Positions 1-15,465 are shown, counted from the stretch's first letter. The stretch: 64,000 nucleotides of DNA from the human T2T-CHM13v2.0 reference genome, Homo sapiens (GCF_009914755.1 NC_060938.1); one strand, 5' to 3'. Numbers and translations are program-made. Notes: generated by a model not told the origin, from the letters alone.

Positions 1-321
1 TTTAATACTGTATAATACCAGGAAATTGATTAATGTCATTAATCAACTATTATTATGGATATATATTTTATTGGATGCTTATTTCATATTTCCTTTTTGG
101 GTGGCGTTCTATTGAAACATGTGAGAAAATATTAGTAACTTGTCTACTCTGCTTACCCCCATCTTATATAAACCCCATTTCCAGAGGACTGGAAACTGGA
201 AAGAAGAATACCTCAGGGCTGAACATGACAGGGGCTTAAGAAAAGTATCTGAGAAATTATAACCAAAAACTGAGCCTAGAATGAATTTGCAATTCAAATT
301 CATATTGTCTGCACTGTATAA

Positions 322-643
<322 letters not shown>

Positions 644-699
644 CCTGCTTTTTTTTTTTTTTTTTTAAACAAAACCATCAATGGAAGGAAAAACACTTT

Positions 700-1250
700 A
701 AGTGTATGAATTTAGTTTAAAGTAGTCTATGATGGATAGTGCGTTCGGACAACTGACCAAAACAAATGCAGATTCTCTGGTGAATTCACTTTGTCCTAAA
801 ATTCAAAGAAATACCATACATTATTTACCACTGAACACGAAAAGCTACAAGGAAATGAAGTACTATGAATAAGAATCATCAGAAACACTAAGCAGCTGAA
901 TCAACCCTACATAGACATTAAATATTGGAATGATTGGATATAGAGTAAAAAACAACTATGCTTACTTAATATGTTAAACAAAATAAAACTAAAAAGCAAA
1001 AGCCTAAAAAAAATCAATAGGGAACAGCAAACTGTAAAAATGTCCTAGCAAATTTGGAAAATAATCAATTAGAAATTCTAGAATTGGAAACAAATAATCT
1101 AAATTTAAAATCACATGGAGTATAACAGCAGAACAGATACAATTGAAGAGAGAAATAGCAAAGTGAATAATAGGCTAAAAGAAATTATTGAGAATTTATC
1201 ACAAAGAGCAAAAATTCAAAAACAAGAAAGAGGTTCAAAACTACACTGTT
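700..1250 (+). mobile_element. Old L1M fragment (ORF1 region, degenerate)
   Basis: A-rich sequence resembling L1 ORF1 coiled-coil (ORF 1115-1303 NSRTDTIEERNSKV..); boundaries approximate. Confidence 0.55.
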
Positions 1251-1971
1251 TCATGCACACTGGTGTATTTATGATATATCTCACAAAAATGTCTAAAATA
1301 TAATCAAATATATGGTCAAATATGCTCATTCATCTTTAGAGCTTTCTATAAGAAGAAAACAAAAGGAAAAACATTATGTGCAACAGTAGGGGAAGGATCA
1401 GAGAGTTAATAGTTCATCCATTACAAATTATGTTACTATAAATACTTAACGTCATGAGGGAAATATTTACCTTAAGAGTATTACATTTATACATTGATCT
1501 CAAATTCAAAGAATAGTAAGATATGTTATTTATTTAACGATACATATAAAAAGAAAGAATATCTTATTTAATAGTAGAGCTTACTTCTGAATACTAGGGA
1601 TACAGGTACTTTAAAATTTTCTTTGTAGGCTCTTTGTATTTCCCAGTTGTTTTAAACTGAACATTTAGTACTTAAAAAAAAAAAAAGCCAGAAAGCTGCT
1701 AATAAGTATTAAAAAGTGGTACTTAGTGATGTATTCTAGAACTTTTCTGTGCTATATCTGTGCTTTTCCTGTGGTAAGTGCTTATCATATTTTTAAAATG
1801 ACTGATATTTGGCTCTTATAGATTCTTAATGTATATTTAAATGAAGTGGATGAATAATAAAAGTTAGTGGAAAATTTATAAAGAGTAAGGCCTTGAATAT
1901 TTGCAACACACTGAACTGTTGATTACTGGGGATTTAAGCTGAGAGTCTTCATTTAGGTGCAATTTAGTAAG

Positions 1972-2325
1972 TGTCTTAGTTCCTTTTGTGCTGTTATAAC
2001 AGAATACCAGAGATTAGGTAATTTATAAAGAAAAAATTTATTTCTTACAGTTCTGGAAAGCCGGGAAGTCCAGTATCAAGGTGCTAGCATCTGGTGAGGG
2101 CCTTCTTGTGGCATCTCATGGCAGAAGGAAGAAGGGCAAGAGAGCATGTGTGTGAGAGAGGAAGAAATTAAACTTGCAGCTTCAAGCCCTTTTATAATTG
2201 ACATTAATCCATTCATGAGGGTGGAGTCCTCATGTCCTAAACACATCCCATCAGGTCCCAGCTCCCAACATTAGGGATTCAGTTTCCAACACATGCTTTT
2301 TGGGGAACACATTCAAACTATAGCA
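1972..2325 (-). mobile_element. MaLR solo LTR (MLT1A/MSTD-like)
   Basis: TG...CA termini, typical tgtcttagt...ataacagaatacc...aaactatagca, perfect 5-bp TSD GTAAG (1967-1971, 2326-2330). Confidence 0.88.
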
Positions 2326-3818
2326 GTAAGCAACTTTGAAGACGTTCTTGATTTGCTTATTCAATATGTGTAAGATCTAGCAATATTTATGAGATAAATA
2401 TAATATGCAAATAATTTTGTTTTAATTTATTCATATGATAAATATTTATTGAATGTCTTTTGTGTGCTACACGTTGCACTAGATTTTGGAGATGACTTGT
2501 GAAACCATATACAGTCTTTGATGAGATTTAGAGCATAGTAGAGGATATATATGTATGTATGTTACATGCATATATGATTTATTCAGGAGTATAAGGCAAT
2601 TCAATATTAGGAAGTCCATTAATATAAAAGGTTGGGGGAAATGTGGAGAGTAATACCAGAGACAAACAACTATAAAAGACATGTAAGTTGTTGTCTTTGG
2701 GCAGAATCACTATGAAATGATGGTTGGATAGGTGGCAGCTGTTGTTACATCATATATATTTTATCACTGTCTTATGTTTTCAAGTTTGTACATATGTTAC
2801 TTTACTAAAAATAAAAGTTAATTTTCTAGCTGACATCAAATTATTTCTTCCTCTCAAGTCCTTTGTAGCTACTGTCACCAGCAGAATATCCCATAGCCTC
2901 CTTCTAATATCTCCTCACCCTGGCAGCCTCTGATACAGGGATAAAGTCCTTTGAGTTGGCTTTGGCTCAGTTACCTTCAGTATTGTCCAATTGATTCATG
3001 ATAAAAACCCGTTGTCTTTATCATGCTAAATGACCAAAGTGTAAACTTCCACCTTACTGTCCTTTCTCCTTGCCTTGCTATCTTCATTGGTTCCAGTGAG
3101 TCTTTCTTTTTTAGTCCTCTTGAGCAAAAACAAGCTTTTCCACAATTCCAAGGGATACATGTCAAACGCTCAGAATGCTTTATTGAACGCTCTTCCTTGA
3201 CACCATCTCCCTAAAAATGTCAAAACACTCTAACAACACTTTTCCAAAAGGAACTCTTTTGCCTTGTTAGATTTCAACATTCTTATATCCCCCAGGGTGG
3301 TGTCACAAGTGTCAAAAACAGTTTTGAGTCTCATTGTTTACAGTTCCTTCATAGACAATATAATAAATACCTCACTTTGGCCTTAACATTCTGATACATG
3401 TTAATTGTTACACTATTTTATCCATTATAAAGCATACCACAAAATTAGAAACTAAAGAGAATTAGATTTTTTATGTATATATATATGATATCTTCTTTTA
3501 ATGGATAATTATGCACATTCCTAGTATGTGTGCAGTTTGATTTGGAGACCATTATATTGAAGATTCCGTCCTGTTTGGGCAGGATTGCATATGCCCCTGA
3601 GCCTATATAGCTCTTGTTATAGAAATTTATTGTGTTGATTTTTTTCACTGTTCAATATCCCACCCCCATAGTAGAATTGATTTTTAGAAGAAACGGTGAC
3701 AGTTTTTAGCAGCCATGATGGTGGCCTAGGGTTGAAGAAATATGTGATGTATTGTTAGAGTCCAAGCCATGCTGTTCTATTAAAATACTATTTTTCTTCC
3801 TGCTCTTTTTGAAGTTGA

Positions 3819-4108
<290 letters not shown>

Positions 4109-4617
4109 CATTTCTTTTTTTTTAATACTTAAGTTTCTTTTTCTTGTTTAAGAAAGTTGGAGTTAGGACTGTTGTTCATTCACAACAAATTGACACCACT
4201 GCCTTAATATCATAAAGACTCTGTATTGTTTCAGTTGTTTGCTCATTGGGAAAATACTCCAGGGTGAGGCCTCCCTTACATCTGAGGGACCTGATTCCCT
4301 GTGTAGAGAGTTCTTTTTTTTTTTAATTGTTCCAGTTTATACTTCTGGTAGACTTTTAATCTTCCCCCCCACTTTAAAGTCCCAGTATGCCCCACTATAA
4401 ATTGAAACATTGTGTTCTAGTCTTTATCTACAAACTTAGAGAAAATTAATTACTTTTCAAGGTAACATATTCAATTTTATTTTCTTTTTTCTTAGATCAC
4501 TCCAGTATATCCAGCAAACTCCCTTAAACTAAGCCCAAACTGGTGTTGTTGCCTGTTGCAATTTCCTTCACTAGAGCATCCAGAAAAGCTTACTTGCCTT
4601 TGCATATAAAATCTCTT

Positions 4618-4928
<311 letters not shown>

Positions 4929-6289
4929 TTATTTCCTTTATCTTCTTGTATTTTTCTTATATTACCTTGGCAAAATGAAAAATTTGGGGATTTAGTGTTT
5001 GCCAAGTCACCATATGGATAAATCACCACTAGTGAAGAATAAACTATATCCATATTATGTTACTTTAAATGAAACGATTACATTTCATCATTACCCTCAG
5101 AATTAAACCTGTTATTTACACTACTACTTCTCATCCTTTCTTCTAATAGGCTCCAAGCTTTCTCCTTTTTCATCTTTCATCTATCCCAATAAAAACATAA
5201 CTTCCAATTTTAATTAGAATAGCTATATATAATAGGTTGACCAACTGTGTATCTTCTGTAGCCTTCTGCCTATAACCTGATTATAAAATTGCTTTAACTA
5301 AAGTAAGTTACTGCCTATTCTGAGTTACTCTATTACACAAAATTTAATTTTATTACGCTACTTTCTTTTCCATATTATTTTCCTCCTAGCCTCTTCCAAT
5401 TCTTTGTCTTCTTGATCTCCCTTATTAATCCTTTTCTCAGGGAAGGAAGATCTGATCAGCCAATTCACTCCAAGATTTAAGTGACTAGTGGTTGGAAATC
5501 TGTTCCTCTTCAGCATTACCTGTAATTTAAACAAGGAATTAAGTTGTATTGGCTTTGGTGAGGCACAACGTGTGTTTGTATATGAGAATGAGTTCTTTAT
5601 AGCACCCATTCAGTCACACAAGGCTACCTACTTGTAAGTCTAATGTTTAGAGTAAACAGTGAATTATCTAATACATTTTGCATTTCTTACACCTTGAAAG
5701 AATGTTGATAAATTTCCTTATACAAGTAGTCTGATCTGATGTTAGACAAATAGTGAATACTCAGTTTTATTGATTAATTGAGTGCATTTTCAGAATACTG
5801 AAAGATTAGGAATTGTGGTTGACTGAGCATTTTGTTAAGATGTTATTAGAGACAAATACAAAAAAATTCTGGCTCTCTGGATTGGACTCTGTGTAGATTG
5901 ATTCCATCTGTAAAAGGTGCCTCATCTTTGACAGTAGATATTTTAGTCACTGTTACTTGTTAGAGATTCAATATAGCAATGCAATTTTTTTTTATTTACT
6001 TATAAGGATTTATGATACCAAGTTGTATTTGACATTTGGATTAAATCCTGAGGGGTAAGGAAGATTCGTCCCTGTGGTAGAAGTTTCTAAAGTCTTAAGT
6101 CAAATGAATTCTACTTACACTTTAGTTAGAAGGCCATTTAAGACAAACGTGCCTTAAAAGATCAAGTTTTTCAGTGTTAAAATTCTACATCTCAATATAG
6201 GTTATGAATACTACATTAAGTTCATTTGGTTATGAATTCATTATTTTCACCTTTTGCTGCTATTGTTATACTTCAACTCTCTTATTTTT

Positions 6290-8400
6290 ACAACTTTTTA
6301 TTTTGAAAACTTTCAAACTTTAAAAAAATGTTGGGACAACAGTATAATGAACAGCTGCACTCTGCACACCTAGATTCTCATGATTGAGAATACATGCTGT
6401 ATCTATTTATATCTCTGTCTTGCCTTCTCTCTATATATAACTTAAAAACTGTTTCAGACATAGTGACACTTTACCCCTGAATACTTCAGCATGTTTCCCT
6501 AAAATTAAGGACATTGTTCACCGTACTCTTATCATATGCTGGAAATGTTAACATTGAGACAATAATATCATAAAATATAACATACAAACCTATTTTTAGA
6601 TTTCTCCAATTATCTCAAAATATTATTTATAGATTTTTTGATTCAGTATTCTGTGAGGGATTATAAATGATAATTTGATAGTGATATGTCTTCACCATTT
6701 TGTTATATATTGTCAGAAATTTGATGTAGAATAATTCATATGTTAGCAACTGTGGAAAGTGTTGCCAATTATGAAAAAAATGTAAATTTAGATAATTTAG
6801 AAATAGTCCACTAAGACTTTTATTATATAGTTGATTATATTAATTAAAGTAACTTGAATTCCTTGACAGTTTACTTATGTATAATGAGTGTTCATGATGC
6901 CCTAATTGAATTTTTATTTTTTTAAAATTTAATTTTTAAAAATAATAATAATACAGTAAAAAACCCTTTGTGATCTTTCTTAATAGTCACATCATCACTC
7001 TACCCTGCCTATCACAGATCTGTTTTACATCACTATAGTTTGTGTTTTTAAGAATGTCAAATAAATAGAATCAGAAAGTATGACCAGCTTCTCTCAGAGT
7101 AGAGTCTCTGAGATATATCCAAGTTGTGTATGTCAATAATTTATTCATTTTTATGGTAGATAGTATTCCATTGTACATATATACCATAGTTTGTTTATCT
7201 ACTAACCCATTGAAAGACATTTGGGTTGCTTCCAGCTTTTGGCTGTCACAAATAAATCTACTGTTAATATTTGTATATAAGTTTTGGTATGAACATAAGT
7301 TTTCATTTCTCTATAAATACCCAGATGTACAATTGCTGGCTCATATGATAAATGTATACTTAACATTATAAAAACCCGCCAAACTGTTTTCCAACATCTG
7401 CATCATTTCAGTATTAGGCTCAATCAATTGTCTTATCCCATGTGAATTTGTATCCTGTATTACTTTATAAGACTCTGAGTCTTATTTAGATCCTGTGGAA
7501 AATATTGATATTTTTGTTTTGGCCTTCTGTGGATTGTGTGGTTCTAACCTTGGCTCTATTTTACAAGACTTTGGTGTGCAATTTGGATCTGTCATGAATG
7601 TGTACCCTCTAGTGGTCACTCTGGGACCAGCTTGTAGATCTGTTCTTAGCTAAGGCCTTTAAATATTTGATATGCTAATTAGTATCAAATCCATAAATGG
7701 GCAGATCCAGGGTGAGTAAAAGTTCAAAACAACTTTATGTAGTTGCTTTCCTGGTCTCCCTTCCCTAAGTACTTTCTACTTCCCTTGGGGCTGTTTTTTT
7801 TGTTATTGTTGTTCTTCAAAAAAGAAATTGTTTCTTTCTGCAGTTTTACGACATCCTCACACCATTTAGCACTGGTGATAAGATGCCACCAAGGCTACAT
7901 GGTGGGAAGACAGGGACATAGGGAAAAAATTCTACAGGGTTTGGTGCTGCCCTTTTGGCATTGCTGCTTCTCTGAAAGGTAGGTCGACCTCCCTCAGAGT
8001 TTTGACTCCTGCAGTCTCTCATTTCTGTCTTCTTTTATTTTAGCTGCCATGGGACTGTTCAGGGTTTGGGGCATAGAAAAATGAGGAAGAGGAGAGGGGG
8101 AAACAAAATAACCTGGAGATTTCTCCTACTCTTTCTCTGTCTGCACTGTAAGTGTTCAGAAAATTTCTCCTGGACCTCACTCACACCACATAGTGCTCAG
8201 TTCTGGGTTTCTGGCTTCAGAGGTAGTGGAGGAAAATAAATGTTAAACTCAACATTGGTATTCTTCCCTCATCTGTCTACTAGTGTTAACTTTTCAGAGT
8301 TTTCAGATAAGTCTCTAGCCAGGTTTTTTAGTTGAATTAGCATGAGATAAAGAGAGTCTGGTCTTATTTCATCTTACTGGAATCAGGACCCCTAATTGAT
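6290..8400 (-). mobile_element. Patchwork of old L1M fragments
   Basis: Antisense L1 3'-UTR motifs (tagtattccattg..., gaagacatttgggttgcttccag..., tgctggctcatatgata); boundaries approximate. Confidence 0.55.
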
Positions 8401-9484
8401 TTTTAAATGGTATTGTTGATACAATTGTCAGGCCATTTATTTCAGTATTTCACTAAGTAACTTCTAAACTGTGAAAAAAGTAATTATAAAATAAACATCA
8501 GGTATTTTTGTTCTTATTTGTATCTTTGACATGAGATAAAGTTTGTGGAAGATTTAACAAGAACATCATAAGAAGTTGACTATAAATTAGATGTTAATTC
8601 ATTAATTTATTCACTCCACAGAAATTAAACGAGTACTGACTCTTGGCCTGGGATTGCAGATATTATAATGAACAAGATAGGCAGAGCTCCTTCTCAGGAC
8701 GGGTTAATAGATTTGAGACAGTCATTTATAGTACATTGTAAAAAAAAAAAACAAAACTGCCCCAGAGTTAATGTTAAAAATTGTTTTATTATTTTTTCTT
8801 TAAGATAAAACTTTTAAGGGGTCAGGACTCTGGTAATGTTGAATGTACATTAATGCATTTATGTATGGACATAGCTGAGGATTTTGTTAAAATGTGCCTT
8901 AAATGATTACATAAATTAAATAAGCAATTTGTTCAGCAGGTTAAAAGGAAGATATTTCATATTTTTGTAAATGAACACATGAAATTTTTTCCTTTAAGAT
9001 TTTAAATGCCAAATTATTTACTTAGGTAGTGAACTATAGTGTTAACATTAAATAAAAAGAGATCTACATATCTACTCCTATTTCTGTATTAATAAACTGT
9101 GATGATGTATCAATAAGTAGGATCATGTGCCATTAGGACTTGAAATAATGGAATATGGTACGTCCTAAAGCTTATTTTGTCATTCATCTAGCCAATAATA
9201 TTAATTACTTAATATCACTGCTCAAGCTATCATCTTTGAGAAATACTGATTTAACAATAGTTTACACTAAATATGTAAAAAATAATTTTAAAGTCAAGCA
9301 AACCATAGGTTAATTACCCCATTACTTGAGAATGCAAAAAAAATACTTTTACTATAGTACTTATTAATAAACTCATTTTTAAATTTAAATTGCAAAAGTT
9401 ATCACAGGCTTTCTATGGTATATGGAATTATAATAACATACTTTTAATTGATGTTTGTTGGAATTCACAGCATTTATAGACTTT

Positions 9485-11420
9485 TTAAATAGACTTTATT
9501 TTTTGGCAGTTTTAGGTTCATAGCAAAATTGAGCAGACAGCTCAGAGATTTTCCCATATACCCCCTGCACCCTTACATGCATAGCCTCCCCCATTATCAA
9601 CATTCTTTACCAGAGTGGTATATTTGTTGCCATTGAAGCTACATTGACGTATCATTATTACCCGATCCATACTTTATAGTAGGATTCACTGTTGGTGTTG
9701 TATATTCCATGGGTGTGGACAAATGTATTATGGCACCATTATACAGGTTGAATATCCCTTATCCAAAATGTTTGAGACCAAATTGTTTCTGATTTTGGAT
9801 TTTGGAATATGTGTATATATGTAGTGAGAGATATTAGAGATGGGACCCAAATCTAAACATTAAATTTATTTATGTTTCATCTACACATGGCCTCAAGGTA
9901 ATTTTATCCAATATTTTAAATAATTTTAGGCATGAAGCAAAGTTTGCCTAAAACGAACTATAAGAAAGCAAAGATGTCAAGTGTGGAATTTTCCACTTGT
10001 AGTGTCATGTTGGTGCTTAAAGTTTTTCAGGTTTTGGAGCATTTCAGATTTCAGATTTTCAGCTTCAGAATACTCAAACTGTAGTATAATCTAGAGTAGT
10101 TCCACTGCCCTAAAAATCCTCTGTATTCTACCTATTCATCCCTTTCTCCTCACAAGCCACCAGCAACCATGGATATTTTTAATGTCTCTATAGTTTTGCT
10201 TTTTCCAAAATGTCATATAGTTGGATTCTTATAGTGTGTGTCCTTTTCAGATAGGCTTCTTTTAGTTAGTAATATGTGTTTAAGTTTCCTCCATGTCTTT
10301 TCATGGTTTGATAGCTTATTTCTTTTTACCATTGAGCAAAAAGAAATGAGTTGTTTATCATCCACTCACCTACTGAAGGACATCTTCGTTGTTTACAAGT
10401 TTTGGCCATTATGAATAAAGTCTGTATAAATATCCACATACAGGCTTTTGTGTGGACATAGTTTTCAATTCCTTTGAGTAAATACCATGGATTATGATTG
10501 CTGCATCATGTGGTACAGTGTGTTTAGTTTTGTAAGAAACCACCAGACTGTCTTCCAAAGTAGCTATACCATTTTGCATTCTCACCAGCAATAAATGAGA
10601 CTTCTTGTTGTTTCACATTCTTGCCAGCCTTTGGTATTATCAGTGTTCTGAATATTGAACATTCTAATAGGCTTATAGTCATATCTCCTTGTTTTATTAA
10701 TTTGCATTTTACTGATGATATATGATGTGGAGTATCTTTTCACATTATTATTTGTCATCTGTGTATCTTCTTTGGTGATGTGTTTGTTAAGGTCCTTGGC
10801 TCATTTTTCAATAGAGTTGTTCATTTTCTTATTGTTGAGTTTTAAAATCTCTTTGTATATTTTGTATAACAATTCATTATCAGATTTGCCATTTGAAAAT
10901 ATTTTCTTCCAGTCTGTGGCTTGTCTTTTCGTTCCCTTCACAGTGCCTTTTACAAAGCAGGGTTTTTTTTTTAATTTTTAATTTTTGTGAGCATATAGTA
11001 GGTCTGTGTATTTGTAGGATTCATGAGATATTTAGATATAGGCATACAATGCGTAATTGTCACATCAGGGTAAATGGAGTATCCATCACCTCATGCATTT
11101 ATCCTTTCTTTGTGTTACAAACAATCCATTTATACTCTTTTAGTTATTTTTATATGTACAATAAATTACTGTTGACTATAGTCACCCAGTTTTGCTGTCA
11201 ACAGAGTTGTTAATTTTAATGAAATCTAACCTACTGTTTCTTTCTTCCAAGGATGTTGCCTTTGCTGTCATATCTAAAAAGTTATTACCAACCCAAGGTC
11301 ATCTAAATATTCTTCTATTCTAGGAGTTTTATATTTTTATGTTTTACATTTAGGTCTGATTCATTTTGAATTAATTTTTGTGAAGGCTGTCAGGTCTGTG
11401 TTTAGATTCATTTTTTTTGC
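9485..11420 (-). mobile_element. L1MB/L1MC-type 3' end with nested L1MA 3' fragment (~10960-11200)
   Basis: gttttaggttcatagcaaaattgagcag... 3' end followed by antisense ORF2 C-terminal sequence. Confidence 0.8.
9744..10081. mobile_element. Tigger4/MER46-family MITE nested in L1
   Basis: TIRs caggttgaatat / atactcaaactg with TA target duplication on both sides. Confidence 0.82.
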
Positions 11421-12249
11421 ACATCATGTCTTTTAAGATTCTGAGTTCTTTCGGAAGACATTCCTTGGCTGGGATTCCAATTTTGGCTCTGCAAGGACAT
11501 ATCACTACTCTCATACTAAAAATCAGACTTATAATTGTAGTCTCTGTTTTCCAAGTCAGGAAATAAGGAAAGGACCAGGACACCAGTAGTAGCCATGGTC
11601 TTAAGGCTCCAAAAAGATGTAGAGAGGAAAATACATAAATACATTAACTTAGTGGAGGTGAGGGAGGAGGATGACCTTGGTGCCCCCTCACTTTTTTAAG
11701 CACAGGTAAAGTTGATTCATAATAATGTCAACATGTACTTCTTTAATTTTTTGGTAGCAGGAAAAAGGTAAATTAAAGCTTACCAATGTTTTGTAAAATT
11801 CTAAGTATCACTGGCCCTCTTGTATTTTATCAATGCTGAAAATGTGATGCTTGAATCCAAAAACAAATGAAATCAAGGTTTGATTAAACCGGTTCTAAGA
11901 CTTCATTACTTTGCTACTTCTGACTTACTGCCACATATTACTATTACTCCTAATTGTACTAGGTTGCTTTGGTTTGGATTCCAGCAAACGAGGTAAGTTG
12001 GCACAAGTGACCTAAAAATAAAGTTTTTGTACTGCTGGGATATCATTTGGCTGGTTTTCTAATTTTGTTGGGCTTGGATCAGAATTAATTATGTGTTATT
12101 TTCATATCAATGTCAAGTCTGTATTTATAGCATTCTTTTTTTTTAGAAGTCACAGAATTTTTAAAAGTAGCAGAAAAACAATAAATGATATTGAAAAAAT
12201 TTTAGTACTTACATTTTCGTCATGATCTTCTAAAGCCTCCTAAAAGAAA

Positions 12250-12815
12250 CATTGCTCTTGTGAATGGTGCTGCAGTGAACCTACACATTCACGTGTCTTT
12301 ATAATAGAATGATTTATATTACTTTGGATATATACCCAATAATGGGATTGCTGGGTTGAATGGTATTTCTGTCTCCACGTCTTTGTGGAATCACCACACT
12401 GTCTTTCAGAATGGTTGAACCAATTATATTCCCACTAACAGTCTATAAGCATTCTGTTTTCTCTGCAACCTCACCAGCATCTGTTATTTTTGGACTTTTT
12501 AATAGCCATTCTGATGGCTATGAGATGATATTTCATTGTGGTTTTTATTTGCATTTCTCCAATGATCAGTGATGTTGAGCTTTTGTTTATATGCTTGTTG
12601 GCTGCATGTATGTCTTCTTTTGAGAAGTGTCTGTTCATGTCGTTTGCCCACTTATTAATGGGGTTGTTTGGATTTTTCTTTTAAATTTGTTTAAGTTCCT
12701 TATAGATGCTGGATACTAGACTTTTGTCAGATGCATAGTTTGCAAAAATTTTCTCCCGTTCTGTAGGTTGTCTGTTTATTCTGTTGATAGTTTCTTTTGC
12801 TGTGCAGAAACTCTC
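12250..12815 (-). mobile_element. Internal L1PA/L1PB ORF2 fragment lacking both ends
   Basis: Antisense ORF2 C-terminus ([29 protein letters not shown] in minus-strand ORF); no poly(A) or 3'UTR. Confidence 0.85.
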
Positions 12816-13950
12816 CATTTGTAGAGCCCTGCAGGATAGATTTAGCATAATTCTTGAAGACCCTAGTATTTTCAGAATGGTCAATGAGCATTGGCTTCAA
12901 CTTAAAGTCACTAGCTGCACTAGTCCCTACCAAGAGAGTCAACCTGTCCTGTGAAGCTTTGAAGCCAGGCATTGACTTTTCCTCTCTCTATGTGAAAGTC
13001 CTAGATGGTATCTTCTTCCAGTATTTAAGGTTGTCTTATCTACATTGAAATTCTGTTATATAGAATAGCCACCTTCATCAATGATCTTAGCTAGATCTTC
13101 TGGATAACTTACTGCAGCTTCTACACTAGCACTTGCTGCTTTACCTCGTATGTTTTTGTTACAGATATAGCTTCTTAAACCTCATGAAGCAACTTCTGCT
13201 AGCTTCCAACTTTTCTTCTGCAGTTTCCTCACCTCTCTCAGCCTTCATAGAATCGAAGAGAATTAGGGCCTTGTTCTGAATTAGGCTTTGGCTTAAGGAA
13301 ATGTTGTGGCTTCTATCAAGACCACTCAGACTTTCTCCATATTAGCAATAAGGCTTTCTCTCTCTTGTCATTTGTGTATTCACTGGAGTAGCACTTTTAA
13401 TTTTTTTCAAAAACTTTCCCTTTGTATGCACTACTTGGCTTTTTGCCATAAGAGAAGGTTATCTCAGCTTTTGACATGCTTTCTTCTCTAGCTTATTCAT
13501 TTCTAGCTTTTGATTTAAAGTGAGAGATATGTGACTCTTCCTTTCACTTGAATAGAAACCACTGTAGGGTTATTAATTGGCCTAACGATGTTGTTTCTCA
13601 AGGAATAAGGAGACCCAAGAAGAGGGAGAGAGACAGGAAAATGGCCAGCTGGTCGAGCAGTCAGAACACACACATTTACTGATTAAGTCCCCTGTCTTAT
13701 ATGGGCTCAATTGATGTTGACTCCAAACAATTACAAGAGTAATATCAAAGGTTAATTATTACAGTTTACAATAGCAGACATGATATTAATGAAAAAGTTT
13801 TAAATACTACGAGAATTACTAAAACGTGACACAGACGTGAAGTGAGCACATGCACTTGGAAAAATGGCCCCAGCAGACTTCCTTGACATGGGTTGCCAGA
13901 AACCTTCAGGTTGTGAAAAGCACAATAAAGCGAAGCACAATAAAAAAATG
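12816..13950 (-). mobile_element. Tigger1 DNA transposon, 5' half
   Basis: Minus [38 protein letters not shown] matches Tigger1 transposase; subterminal cacaataaagcgaagcacaataaa. Confidence 0.9.
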
Positions 13951-14189
13951 TGTTTCTTAAACAACAAGACTATAATGGACAAGAAAGAGCTGAGACTAGA
14001 GACAGGAGACCAACATGTTAATCTTAAGTCAGGAATCCTAAAGTGAAGCAATAGGAGTGGTTAAAAAAAAAAAAAAAAGAGAAGAGAGATTGATTTAATA
14101 AATAATTGTAATATAGAATTAGTAGCATTGAATCCTGATACACCCACAGAAAATATATACAAACGTGTTTAAATAATGAAAATTTATGG

Positions 14190-14620
14190 TAGATTCTGTT
14201 ATTGGCCCTGATTTTCAACCATGTCCGTCAAAGCCCTTTGCCATATAATTTTTTAGGAACCCACTGTTGGGGGTGGAGTGGACTTCCTTGCCTTATGAAT
14301 TTGTATTTGACCACTTAACTTGTTGTTACCAATGGATAGAGCCCCTGGGTATATACTTACTCTCTTGTACATCCACCATGCAATAAGAATATGTGTGACA
14401 GTATTTTGGTGTCAGGAGAAGGATGAGAGATACATGGGGGAGAGCTACTCCCAGGCCTGGACCAGATAATTCTTCAGTTAGCCATGTACTCATGAATGAA
14501 CCCAGCTGAGCCCAGCCTGGAGCAGCCATTTTTTAAGCAGTGCACAGATTTAGGATAAATAATAAGTTATGATTGTTTTAAGCCCCTGAGTTTTAGGGTG
14601 GCAGTCATAGCTAACTGATA
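14190..14620 (+). mobile_element. Old MLT1 LTR (MLT1G-K class)
   Basis: tgttttaagcccctgagttttagggtg...atagctaactgata 3' end typical of MLT1. Confidence 0.65.
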
Positions 14621-14824
14621 TAAAGTTTCTATTCTGCCAAAAAAAAAAAATTTTAAAGAAAGTTATATTCTATTCTATTTTCACACATCAATTGATGTGA
14701 AAACAAAATATAATCTACTGATCCAACAGGAAAACTGCTTGCATTATTGGTTTTATTTATTAGACTGCCTTAATGCAGCAATCACGCAGCTAGAAAGGGA
14801 AAAATAAAACGAATATAATTTATA

Positions 14825-15465
14825 AAAATAGCTTTATTGAGATATACCTTATATATCATAAAATTTACTTATTTTAAGTGCACAATTCAGTGATTTTTAG
14901 TATACTTATTTTTGCCACTGTCACCACAATGTAATTTCAAACATTTCCATCATCCCAAAAGAAATCTCTGTGCCCATTACCAGTCACTTTTTTTCTCTCC
15001 CACCTCCAGCTTAAGACTATGTAACCACAAATCTACTTCCTATCACTATAGATTTGCCTATTCTAGACTTTTCATAGCAATAGAATTATACAACATATAG
15101 GGATTTTTGTGTTTAGCTTTTTTCACTGAGCATTTTTTAAGGTGCTTCTATATTGAAGCATGTTTTAGTAGTTCTTTTTTATTTCTGGATAGTAATCCAT
15201 TATCTGAGTTTATCACATTTTGTTTATTTATTCATCAGTTAATGGATATTTGAGTTTTCCACTTTTTGTCTATTATCAATAATGGTATGAACATTCATTT
15301 ACAAGTGTTTGTACAAACATTATGTTTTTATTTCTCTTAGATAAGTACTTAGTTGTAGTAGAATTTCTGGGTCATATGGTGACTCTGTCTTCAGCATTCT
15401 GAGAAACTTAAAGTTTTCCAAAGTGACTGTGCCATTTTACACTCCCACCAGAAATTTATGAGGGA
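14825..15465 (-). mobile_element. L1MB 3' end
   Basis: agctttattgagatat...aagtgcacaattcagtgatttttagtata... typical antisense L1MB terminus. Confidence 0.78.

Noticed and set aside
1740-1779. Donor-like GTG|gtaagt with upstream AG (possible 34-nt exon)
   Set aside because: No polypyrimidine tract at the nearest acceptor; such motifs occur by chance in 64 kb.
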